A DNA stretch of 50,170 nt from Bacteroidota bacterium (GTDB taxonomy: Bacteria; Bacteroidota; Bacteroidia; AKYH767-A; 2013-40CM-41-45). The number at the start of each line of letters is the position of its first letter. The first letter of the stretch is position 1. Below the pieces are notes generated by a model, which did no database searches, was not told where the DNA came from, and worked only from the letters and a program-made list of their open reading frames with translations. Both the position numbers and the translations under genes were made by a program. The DNA is taken from assembly GCA_031361545.1 (NCBI GenBank), contig JANLRG010000551.1:1-50170 (forward strand), written 5' to 3'. Positions 26,854 through 35,420 of the stretch are shown one piece after another.

Positions 26854-28323
26854 ATGACACCACTAAAAGTTGACCAGTCGAATCGGACAATTTATTTAGT
26901 GGTGTTTTTTGTAGCCATTATTTACGCTAGCATTTCACTGGTCAATCATTTTTTATTTCGAACTTATGCATTAGACTTAGGCTTGTACACCAATGCTATT
27001 TACGATTACTCACATTTTTCTTTTAATGACTCATCCGTTTTTAAATCAGTCCCGCAAAATTTATTGGCAGATCATTTTGACTTATTTCTAATTTTAATTT
27101 CTCCGCTGTCAATCATTTTTGGAACAAGTACTTTGTTAGTTGTACAGATTATTTTTATTTTGATAGGAGGAATTGGAGTCTTAAATTTTATACGATTAAA
27201 AGGAGCCGATGAAAAATGGGCGAGAGTGGGAATGATTTATTTTTATCTGCACTTTTCTATTTTTAGTGCATTATCGTTCGATTACCATAGCAACGTTATT
27301 GCAGCCTCATTAGTTCCTTGGTTATTTATTATAATGGAGAAAAAGCAAATACAGCGTTCTTTTTTAATACTCACTCTGGTAATTATCACTAAAGAGAATA
27401 TGGCCTTGTGGATGGTTTTTGTTTGCTCAGGATTTTATTTACTCAACAGAAAAAAAATCGGTTATCGATTCATTTGGGGAATGACATTGTTCTCATTCAT
27501 TTATTTTATGGCTGTGACAGTTTATATAATGCCGTCGCTGAGTATAGATCATCATTTTGTTCAGTTTAAATATTCTGTTTTAGGAAATGATTATCATTCA
27601 GCCTTGACGACAATTTTTTCTCATCCAATGAAAGTATTTGAAGCGATGTTTGTGAATACCAATTTATCGAAAACAGGTGATTATGTAAAATGGGAAAGTT
27701 GGATGTTTTTTGTTTTTTCCGGTGGAGCTCTGCTTTTTTTCCGTCCAATTTATTTGTGGATGCTTATCCCCATTTTTATGCAAAAATTATTAAACGATCA
27801 GATGCAAACGTGGGGAATTAATGATCAGTATTCGATTGAACTAGCTCCGATTTTAGCTATGGGAATTTTTTCATCAGGCGTGTTTTCGCTTTCGCCACCA
27901 ATTCGAAGAGTTGTGCTTCCGTTGGCAATGATTGGAAGTTTAATTTGTACAGTGAGAGCTATGGACAGAACCAGCACACAAATGCGCAGAGCGAATATTA
28001 GGATTTATCAAATAGAACATTGGAGGACTGAACAAAACATCTTTGCTATCAAAGTGGCAATGAAATTAATTCCCTCCGATGCAATTGTTGCTTCACAAAA
28101 CACCATCTTATCACATTTGGCTTATCGCGATAAAATTTATTCGCTGCCCATAATCAATGACGCCCAATATATTATTTATGAAAAGGGATTTTCTTCTTAT
28201 CCGATTAGCAAAGAAAAATTAAATACATTAGCAGACAGTTTAGAGAATTCGTCGGAATGGAAAGTTTTATTTTCGAAAGACAATGTTCGACTTTTGAATA
28301 GGAAAAAAATAAGTCTAAAATAA
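26854..28323 (+). CDS. DUF2079-like polytopic membrane protein (GT-C-like predicted)
   Basis: YALDLGLYTNAIYDYSHF first-loop segment typical of DUF2079. More than 10 hydrophobic helices. C-terminal soluble domain. Confidence 0.55.
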   Translation: MTPLKVDQSNRTIYLVVFFVAIIYASISLVNHFLFRTYALDLGLYTNAIYDYSHFSFNDSSVFKSVPQNLLADHFDLFLILISPLSIIFGTSTLLVVQIIFILIGGIGVLNFIRLKGADEKWARVGMIYFYLHFSIFSALSFDYHSNVIAASLVPWLFIIMEKKQIQRSFLILTLVIITKENMALWMVFVCSGFYLLNRKKIGYRFIWGMTLFSFIYFMAVTVYIMPSLSIDHHFVQFKYSVLGNDYHSALTTIFSHPMKVFEAMFVNTNLSKTGDYVKWESWMFFVFSGGALLFFRPIYLWMLIPIFMQKLLNDQMQTWGINDQYSIELAPILAMGIFSSGVFSLSPPIRRVVLPLAMIGSLICTVRAMDRTSTQMRRANIRIYQIEHWRTEQNIFAIKVAMKLIPSDAIVASQNTILSHLAYRDKIYSLPIINDAQYIIYEKGFSSYPISKEKLNTLADSLENSSEWKVLFSKDNVRLLNRKKISLK

Positions 28324-28347
28324 TGTCGTATTAAAAAACAATTCAAA

Positions 28348-28668
28348 ATGATTATCTCTATTGTGATCGGATTTGTATTTTTTGTGATTGGAGTTTTATT
28401 CCAAATTTTCCCACCCAGAAAAATTAATAGCTTGTATGGCTACCGGACATCAAGATCGATGAAGAATCAACAGAGCTGGGACTTTTCTCAGAACATGGCC
28501 GCGAAAGAATTAATTAAAACTGGCATTGTTTTATTAGGAATATCATTTCTACTATTAAAATTTTCTACTGTGAGCAATGAAGTCAATTTTGTCGGACTAT
28601 TTCTCGTTATAATTTCTATTGGAATACTATTTTTCAGAGTGGAAAGTGCTATTAAAAAATTGAAATAA
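28348..28668 (+). CDS. SdpI/YhfL-family small membrane protein
   Basis: PPRKINSLYGYRTSRSMKNQQSWDFSQ segment flanked by TM helices. 106 aa. Confidence 0.65.
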   Translation: MIISIVIGFVFFVIGVLFQIFPPRKINSLYGYRTSRSMKNQQSWDFSQNMAAKELIKTGIVLLGISFLLLKFSTVSNEVNFVGLFLVIISIGILFFRVESAIKKLK

Positions 28669-28685
28669 TAAAATATTTTTAGTCT

Positions 28686-30512
28686 TTAAACAAAAGCCTG
28701 CAACTCATACAGTTTTTTGTACACTCCATTTTTCTGTAATAAGTCAATGTGTGTTCCTCGTTCAATCATTTCCCCTTGTTGCATGACAATGATTTCATCA
28801 GCATGTTTAATTGTCGAGAGGCGGTGAGCGACTACTAAGGTGGTTCTGTTTTTCATTAGGTTCGTTATTGCATCCTGAACCAACCTTTCGCTCTCAGTAT
28901 CTAAAGCTGAGGTTGCCTCGTCTAAAATTAAGATAGGCGGATTTTTCAAGATAGCTCTTGCTATACTTATTCGCTGTCGCTGTCCACCACTCAATCTTCC
29001 TCCACGATCACCAACATTAGACTGATAACCATCTTTCATCTGTGAAATAAAATCGTGAGCATTGGCAATTTTTGCTGCTGCGATTACATTTTCTAGACTT
29101 ATATTTTCTAACCCAAAAGCAATGTTGTTTAAAATCGTATCATTGAATAATATACTTTCTTGATTCACTATTCCCATCATCGATCGAAGATCTTTCAGTT
29201 TGTAGTTTTTGATATTTTCTCCATCCACCAAAATTTCCCCATTTTCTAAATCATAAAATCGTGGTAACAAATCAACCAATGTCGTTTTTCCAGAACCCGA
29301 TTGTCCAACGAGAGCAATCGTTTTTCCTTTTTCTATTTTAAGATTTATCCCTTTCAACACCCAGCCTGTATCTCCTTTGTGATAACCGAAAGACACATCT
29401 CTATATTCAATGGTGTGATTAAAATCAATCATTTGTATGGCATCACTTTTATCAGCGATGGTGATTTCAGCATTTAAAATTTTATCTATTCTATCAACAC
29501 TAGCTAATCCACGCTGAACATTAGAATAGGCTTCTGAAAATGATTTTGCAGGCGGAATCAGCTGAGAAAATATAGCAATGAAAGTAATGAACTCAGATGG
29601 CTGTAATGTTTTTTCAACACCGAGAGCCAGACTTCCACCAAAATAAATAATCACAACCAAAACACAAGCACCTAGAAATTCGCTGAGAGGAGAAGTCAAA
29701 TCTCGCTTGCGATATAATCGTTTCATCAGCTTTCTATAGTCGTTGTTGATGGTACTGAATTTTTCACGAAAGAATGCTTCTGCAGTGAATGCTCTTATGA
29801 TTCGTAATCCACCCAAAGTTTCTTCAATGGCCGAAAGCAAAACACCCATCTTTGCTTGGCCCTTCGTAGATGTGCGCCGCAAACTTTTTCCAATCATTCC
29901 GATAATGAGTCCAGAAATTGGAAGGAGAATGAAAACAAAAAGAGAAAGTTGTGGACTTAACAGAACCATCATCACTAAAAATAATGTGACGGTAAGTGGT
30001 TCTCTAAAAATTGCCTCTAATGATTGCATAATGCTCCATTCTATTTCTTGCACATCAATTGTCATTCGTGACATGATGTCTCCTTTTCTCTCTTCTGAAA
30101 AATAGGTCAGTGGTAAAACAAGAATTTTTTCATACAGTTGATTTCTGATATCGCGCACCACTCCATTTCTAATCGGAGAAACAAAATACATGGCGAGATA
30201 TCGGAAAAGATTTTTTAAGAAAAACATCAATACTACCAATCCGCAAATAAAAGTAAGAGCTGCAACTTTTCCATGATCGTGAATGTATTCAGCGATTGTG
30301 AAATTCAAATTATTGAGAAGTGTTTTTACTGAAAATGACCACGGCACTTTTGTATATTCTTGCTCTTGATTAAAAAGAATATTTAAAAAAGGAATAATCA
30401 TTGTCAATGAAAATAGAGAAAAAACAACAGAGAACATATTGCAGAGAATGCTAAAGAAGGCATAGCTCTTGTAATTTTTAATGTAACGAATTAATCGCCG
30501 AAAGTTTTTCAT
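28686..30512 (-). CDS. ABC transporter permease/ATPase fusion, MsbA-like exporter
   Basis: Six-helix N-terminal TMD. Walker A GQSGSGKTT, signature LSGGQRQR, Walker B ILILDEATS. ATG at 30512 preferred because the TTG at 30521 lies inside the -7 box. Confidence 0.85.
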   Translation of the reverse strand: MKNFRRLIRYIKNYKSYAFFSILCNMFSVVFSLFSLTMIIPFLNILFNQEQEYTKVPWSFSVKTLLNNLNFTIAEYIHDHGKVAALTFICGLVVLMFFLKNLFRYLAMYFVSPIRNGVVRDIRNQLYEKILVLPLTYFSEERKGDIMSRMTIDVQEIEWSIMQSLEAIFREPLTVTLFLVMMVLLSPQLSLFVFILLPISGLIIGMIGKSLRRTSTKGQAKMGVLLSAIEETLGGLRIIRAFTAEAFFREKFSTINNDYRKLMKRLYRKRDLTSPLSEFLGACVLVVIIYFGGSLALGVEKTLQPSEFITFIAIFSQLIPPAKSFSEAYSNVQRGLASVDRIDKILNAEITIADKSDAIQMIDFNHTIEYRDVSFGYHKGDTGWVLKGINLKIEKGKTIALVGQSGSGKTTLVDLLPRFYDLENGEILVDGENIKNYKLKDLRSMMGIVNQESILFNDTILNNIAFGLENISLENVIAAAKIANAHDFISQMKDGYQSNVGDRGGRLSGGQRQRISIARAILKNPPILILDEATSALDTESERLVQDAITNLMKNRTTLVVAHRLSTIKHADEIIVMQQGEMIERGTHIDLLQKNGVYKKLYELQAFV

Positions 30513-30518
30513 CGGGGG

Positions 30519-30526
30519 CAAAGATA
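30519..30526 (-). promoter_or_regulatory. -7 box (TATCTTTG) for the MsbA-like gene
   Basis: Minus strand reads TATCTTTG-CCCCCG-ATG, 6 nt from the ATG. Confidence 0.45.
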
Positions 30527-30689
30527 GAATAAAGTTTTACTATTAATATTGCTATAAGCGTTTGGGATTCGCAATAATTTTTCAAATTTTCGCTTGTAAA
30601 CTAGCTAACAACCACTAATTTTTGATCAATGAAATTTAACTCCAATTAATTTCTGTTTTTAGCGTTAGTGTTATAAAAAGAAATTTATC

Positions 30690-31364
30690 ATGAAAAAATA
30701 TATTTGTCTTTCGATTTTGTTGTCCATCGTTTTTAATTCCTACGCAGGATTTTTCATGGGAACACAGTTAGGACTGAATGTAGCCACTCTAAAAAATACT
30801 TCTTATACAGTTAACAGTAAAATTGTTTGGCATGGAGGTTTGCTAGCGTCTATTCCTTTGTGTAAACATGTCTCGGTTATGCCAGCAATTTTATATTCAC
30901 AAAGAGGATTTAAATACGAGCGTTCCACATCCGCAACAACAACCATCAACCCAGATACAACGACCACGATCAATTATACGGAAAGTGTCAATTCCGTTTT
31001 AGGTTATTTAGAGTTTCCTGTTTTACTAACTATTTTCAGCGGACATTCAAAAGGGTTGATGCTTCAAGTTGGACCGCAGTATTCATATCTTATTTCTAAT
31101 TCCACAGTGCTCACAAGTAGTTCAACTATTTCTACCAATGGCGGAGCTGCACAACCAACTTCTCCAGACCCTAGTTCAAAATTAGAATTTAATAAATCCG
31201 ACGTTTCGTTGGTCGGTGGACTTGGATTGCGTTTTCCAATTTTACTAATGATTTACGCTAGAATTTCGACTGGATTTTTGAAAGTTCAGCAGGGAACATT
31301 GGTGAAGGATGAAGATTCAGGACGACATTTTGCTCTTGAAATTGGAGCAGCATTGACCTTCTAA
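30690..31364 (+). CDS. Small outer-membrane beta-barrel (porin-family/PorT-like) protein
   Basis: Signal peptide, alternating beta-strand pattern, Thr/Ser-rich loops, C-terminal aromatic ..AALTF. Confidence 0.6.
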   Translation: MKKYICLSILLSIVFNSYAGFFMGTQLGLNVATLKNTSYTVNSKIVWHGGLLASIPLCKHVSVMPAILYSQRGFKYERSTSATTTINPDTTTTINYTESVNSVLGYLEFPVLLTIFSGHSKGLMLQVGPQYSYLISNSTVLTSSSTISTNGGAAQPTSPDPSSKLEFNKSDVSLVGGLGLRFPILLMIYARISTGFLKVQQGTLVKDEDSGRHFALEIGAALTF

Positions 31365-31456
31365 CAACTATTTTCAATATTAATTTGGATTCATTGCTCT
31401 AGTAGGACAGAGAAGTTGATTAAAAAAACAAATAAAATTGTATCTTCGCCATCGAA

Positions 31457-31822
31457 ATGGATTCTACCAGACAGCAAAAATTTAATCGTCTTCTTCAGAA
31501 GGAAATGGGCGAACTTTTTCAGAAAGAAGGAACGAACTTTTATGGAAAAGCTTTTGTAACAGTGACGAATGTTCGCATTTCTCCCGATTTAGGAATTGCG
31601 AATATCAATGTCAGTATTTTCGGATCTAAAGACTCTAATGCTGTTCTTGAACAAATTCGTTCTCATACTCGAGAAATTCGTCATTTACTGGGGAAAAGTA
31701 TTCGCCATCAAGCTCGAATTATTCCTGAACTGAAATTTTTTCTCGACGATTCATTGGATTATGTCGAAAAAATAGAAAAATTGTTCAAAGACATCAACAC
31801 TCCGCCTCCAAAAGATGAGTAG
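31457..31822 (+). CDS. rbfA: Ribosome-binding factor A
   Basis: RQQKFNRLLQKEMGELF.. and VTVTNVRISPDLGIANINVS pattern. 121 aa. Confidence 0.9.
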   Translation: MDSTRQQKFNRLLQKEMGELFQKEGTNFYGKAFVTVTNVRISPDLGIANINVSIFGSKDSNAVLEQIRSHTREIRHLLGKSIRHQARIIPELKFFLDDSLDYVEKIEKLFKDINTPPPKDE

Positions 31823-31913
31823 TTAGTTTGCAAATAGAATAGAAACGGGTAGTTTTTTAGAAACACTTTGCCTGCATTTTCTATCTTCGCGCGTTAATCA
31901 TTAATCTTCCTTT

Positions 31914-32720
31914 ATGCAGTACGATCCGATAAAGCGCTCGCTTGGTAATCTCTTTAATAAAACGCCTTTTCTCCGTCGCCTGTTTTATAATTTACTAGAC
32001 TTACTTTTACTCAGAGCATGGCACGTTCACAAAGAATTGCGCAGCTGGATTCGTACCTCAAAAAAAGATGCAATCATTCTTGATGCCGGTGCTGGTTTTG
32101 GTCAGTACACTTATTGGCTCAATCAAAAAAACAAAAATTGGAAAATTACTTCTATCGATGTTAAAGACGAACAGGTCGCTGATTGTAATAATTTCTTTAA
32201 AAAAATTGGTTCAACAAATGTTCACTTTGAAGTTGGTGATCTAACAAAATATGTAAAACCAGAAGCCTACGATTTAGTTGTTTGTGTAGATGTCATGGAA
32301 CATATTTTAGAAGATGTTCAGGTGTTTAAAAATTATTTCGCGTCTATGAAATTAGGAGCGATGTTGTTAATCTCTACACCTTCTGATCAAGGAGGAAGTG
32401 ATGTACATGGTGATGATGAAGCTTCGTTTATCGAAGAACATGTTCGCGATGGATATAACATTCAGGAAATTCAAGATAAATTGCGCTCAGCAGGATTTAA
32501 TAAAGTAGAAGCTCGCTACCAATATGGCGCACCAGGAAAAATTAGCTGGAGATTGTCAATGAAATATCCAATCGTTCTCTTAGGAAAAACAAAATTGTTC
32601 TTCCTCATTCTTCCTTTCTATTACATCATTGCTTATCCAATTTCTTTTGTGTTAAATTATTTCGATGTTAATCAAACACACCCTACCGGAACTGGACTGA
32701 TTGTGAAAGCGTGGAAGTGA
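31914..32720 (+). CDS. Class I SAM-dependent methyltransferase with C-terminal hydrophobic tail
   Basis: Motif I ILDAGAGFGQYT, then VVCVDVMEHI. Two C-terminal hydrophobic segments. Confidence 0.75.
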   Translation: MQYDPIKRSLGNLFNKTPFLRRLFYNLLDLLLLRAWHVHKELRSWIRTSKKDAIILDAGAGFGQYTYWLNQKNKNWKITSIDVKDEQVADCNNFFKKIGSTNVHFEVGDLTKYVKPEAYDLVVCVDVMEHILEDVQVFKNYFASMKLGAMLLISTPSDQGGSDVHGDDEASFIEEHVRDGYNIQEIQDKLRSAGFNKVEARYQYGAPGKISWRLSMKYPIVLLGKTKLFFLILPFYYIIAYPISFVLNYFDVNQTHPTGTGLIVKAWK

Positions 32721-32939
32721 GAGTAGAATTGAAGATTGAAGATTGAGGATTGAGAATTGAAGATTAATAATTTGGAAACTCTCGGAACTTAATTCTCAAT
32801 TTTCACCAATAATTTATTTTCCAAGAAAGTAATTTTTGATTTTGCATTCTCAATTCTCAATCCTTAACATTCTCAATCTTCCATTCTCCATTCTCAATCC
32901 TTAACATTCTCCATCATCCATCATCAATTCTCAATTCTC
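32721..32939. repeat. Inverted arrays of heptanucleotide repeats: ATTGARR x5-7 on the left, complementary MATTCTC x13 on the right, ~80-bp spacer
   Basis: Left array 32728-32776. Right array 32845-32939. Internal 21-bp direct repeat ttctcaatccttaacattctc at 32854 and 32891. Abuts the GTG start at 32940. Confidence 0.85.
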
Positions 32940-34178
32940 GTGCTTCCTTCCTTTATTGCCCGTAGGTATTTTTTTAGCAAGAAATCACAGAGAGTGATTA
33001 ATATTATCTCGCTCATCTCTGTAATCGGTGTTGCTATTGGTACGGCAGCACTTATTATTGTTCTTTCAGTTTTCAATGGGTTTGAAAATTTAATTAAGCA
33101 GCTCTATAATTCATTTGATGCCGACTTACAAATTACGATCAATGAAGGGAAGTCGTTTTCTATAGACGAAGTTCATTTCAATGAGTTGAAAAAAAATCAG
33201 AATGTTGCTTTTTTGAATCAGGTTGTAGAGGAAAATGTATTGGTAAAATATCGGGACAAACAATATACCGCCACATTGAAAGGTGTGAGTACTGATTTTG
33301 TGAAGGCTACTGGAATTGATTCGATGATCACAGAAGGTCAACTCAAACTCGAGAGCGGTGACACAGATTTTGCTGTTGTTGGAGGCGCGATTGCTTACAA
33401 TTTACAAATGAGTATGGGTGACATGTACACTCAGCTTGAAATTTATGCTCCACGTCGTATGGCAACTTCATTCACTAATCCGGAAGAAGCCTTTAATAAA
33501 AGATATCTTACAACTTCTGGTATTTTCGCTATTCAACAAGAATTCGATGCAAAATATATTTTAGTCCCATTGCGATTCGCCAATGAAATATTTGAATACG
33601 ACAATCGCTTGACAGCAGTTGAAATTATTGCGAAGCCCAACGTTGATATAGACAAGCTACAAGATAAAGTTCAAAAAATTGTTGGAAATAATTTCGATGT
33701 CAAGAATCGATATCAGCAGCATGAATTGATTTATAGAATTATGAAATCAGAAAAGTGGGCGGTCTTTTTAATTTTAACTTTTATACTCATCATCGCAGCT
33801 TTTAATGTTATTAGTTCTCTAACGATGTTGGTCATCGATAAGAAAAAAGACATTGCATTATTGCAATCGCTCGGAGCAGAAATTTCTTTGCTGAGAAAAA
33901 TATTTATGCTGAATGGATTTTACATCACATTAAGCGGAACACTTGTAGGACTCTTGATCGGTTTCTTCGTATGTCTTCTCCAACAAAAATTTGGTTTAAT
34001 TCAACTCTCCGGTTCAGGGTCTTTTGTGATTGATGCTTATCCGGTAAAAATGTTGCTCGCAGATTTTGTCTATGTTTTTGCCTCTGTCTCCATCATCGGA
34101 CTTTTCGCCGCCTGGTATCCCAGCCATCGACTCATCAAAAACGAAATCAATTTAAAAGCAATTGCTTTGGATGAGTGA
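32940..34178 (+). CDS. FtsX-family ABC permease, LolC/LolE-like
   Basis: N-terminal FIARRYFFSKKSQRVINIIS..VFNGFE pattern, large periplasmic loop, C-terminal FtsX helices. GTG start. Confidence 0.8.
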   Translation: MLPSFIARRYFFSKKSQRVINIISLISVIGVAIGTAALIIVLSVFNGFENLIKQLYNSFDADLQITINEGKSFSIDEVHFNELKKNQNVAFLNQVVEENVLVKYRDKQYTATLKGVSTDFVKATGIDSMITEGQLKLESGDTDFAVVGGAIAYNLQMSMGDMYTQLEIYAPRRMATSFTNPEEAFNKRYLTTSGIFAIQQEFDAKYILVPLRFANEIFEYDNRLTAVEIIAKPNVDIDKLQDKVQKIVGNNFDVKNRYQQHELIYRIMKSEKWAVFLILTFILIIAAFNVISSLTMLVIDKKKDIALLQSLGAEISLLRKIFMLNGFYITLSGTLVGLLIGFFVCLLQQKFGLIQLSGSGSFVIDAYPVKMLLADFVYVFASVSIIGLFAAWYPSHRLIKNEINLKAIALDE

Positions 34179-34346
34179 TTTTTTTGAAAAAAGATTGAAG
34201 AACGAAAAAAGTCTTTTACCTAAAACAAATTTAAATTCAAGTATCAGCGCTTGCCAAATAAAAAACCAATTGTAAATTGTTTTTTTTATTAACATTTCAC
34301 CAAGCGAACCTTGAACCTTGGCCATGAATGACCAAGCAATTAGACC

Positions 34347-35336
34347 TTAAACCATCTTCTCCCTCACCAAATATTCCCCAATTTGAATCGCGTTCGTAGC
34401 TGCTCCTTTTCTTAGGTTATCAGCAACAATCCATAAGTTTAATGTTTTCTCTTGCGACTCATCACGGCGAATGCGACCTACAAAGACATCGTCTTTTCCT
34501 TCTGCATACAAAGGCATCGGATAAACCAAATTATTTACATCGTCTTTTAAAACAACACCCGCAGTGTTTTCTAAAATTGATTTTACCTCAGCAATTGTAA
34601 AGTCTTTTTCAAATTCTACATTCACTGCTTCGCTATGACCACCTTTCACAGGTACACGAACTGTTGTAGCAGTCAGCCGAATTTCGGGAGCATTCATAAT
34701 CTTTCTCGTCTCATTCAACATCTTCATCTCCTCTTTGGTGTAACCATTTTCTAAAAATACATCGATGTGTGGAAGTACATTCATGTCGATCGGATAAGCA
34801 TAGGCCATATCACCTTTGATTTCGGAACGTTCGTTCATCATCTGATCAACCGCTTTTTTTCCAGTGCCAGAAACAGATTGATAAGTCGAAACAACAATCC
34901 GTTTGATGCCATACTTTTTGTGAAGAGGATTTAAAGCCATCACCAACTGAATAGTGGAGCAATTGGGATTAGCAATAATTTTATCGGCATTCGTTAATTC
35001 GCGCGCATTAATTTCAGGAACGATTAATTTTTTATCAGCATGCATTCTCCATGCGGAAGAGTTGTCAATCACTGTCGTGCCAACAGCTGCAAATTTTGGC
35101 GCCCACTCAAGTGAAGTATTTCCTCCTGCTGAAAAAAGTGCAATCTGTGGTTTCATCGCTATGGCTGTTGCCATTGAAATGATCTTATAAGTTTTACCAC
35201 GAAACGAAATTTCTTTTCCAACGGATCGGTCAGATGCAACAGGAAGTAATTCGGTTACAGGAAAATTTCTTTCTTCCAACACTTTCAACATTACTTGTCC
35301 AACCATTCCGGTTGCGCCGACCACTGCTACTTTCAT
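34347..35336 (-). CDS. asd: Aspartate-semialdehyde dehydrogenase
   Basis: VAVVGATGMVGQ NAD-binding motif. Active-site NPNCSTI. 329 aa. Confidence 0.95.
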   Translation of the reverse strand: MKVAVVGATGMVGQVMLKVLEERNFPVTELLPVASDRSVGKEISFRGKTYKIISMATAIAMKPQIALFSAGGNTSLEWAPKFAAVGTTVIDNSSAWRMHADKKLIVPEINARELTNADKIIANPNCSTIQLVMALNPLHKKYGIKRIVVSTYQSVSGTGKKAVDQMMNERSEIKGDMAYAYPIDMNVLPHIDVFLENGYTKEEMKMLNETRKIMNAPEIRLTATTVRVPVKGGHSEAVNVEFEKDFTIAEVKSILENTAGVVLKDDVNNLVYPMPLYAEGKDDVFVGRIRRDESQEKTLNLWIVADNLRKGAATNAIQIGEYLVREKMV

Positions 35337-35390
35337 ACGTATATTTTATTATCCTTATTATTTGGGGTAACGATTTCGATTCCGTTGCAC

Positions 35391-35398
35391 TAATTTTG
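35391..35398 (+). promoter_or_regulatory. -7 box (TAATTTTG) for the lamin-tail-domain protein gene
   Basis: TAnnTTTG match, 22 nt upstream of the ATG at 35421. Confidence 0.45.
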
Positions 35399-35420
35399 TC
35401 CGAAATTAATAATTAGTGTT

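Noticed and set aside
34179-34346. A/T-only hairpin (aaaaaaccaatt / aattgtttttttt) as a bidirectional terminator between the LolE-like gene and asd
   Set aside because: The stem is almost entirely A:T with a bulge. It is plausible but not supportable from sequence alone.
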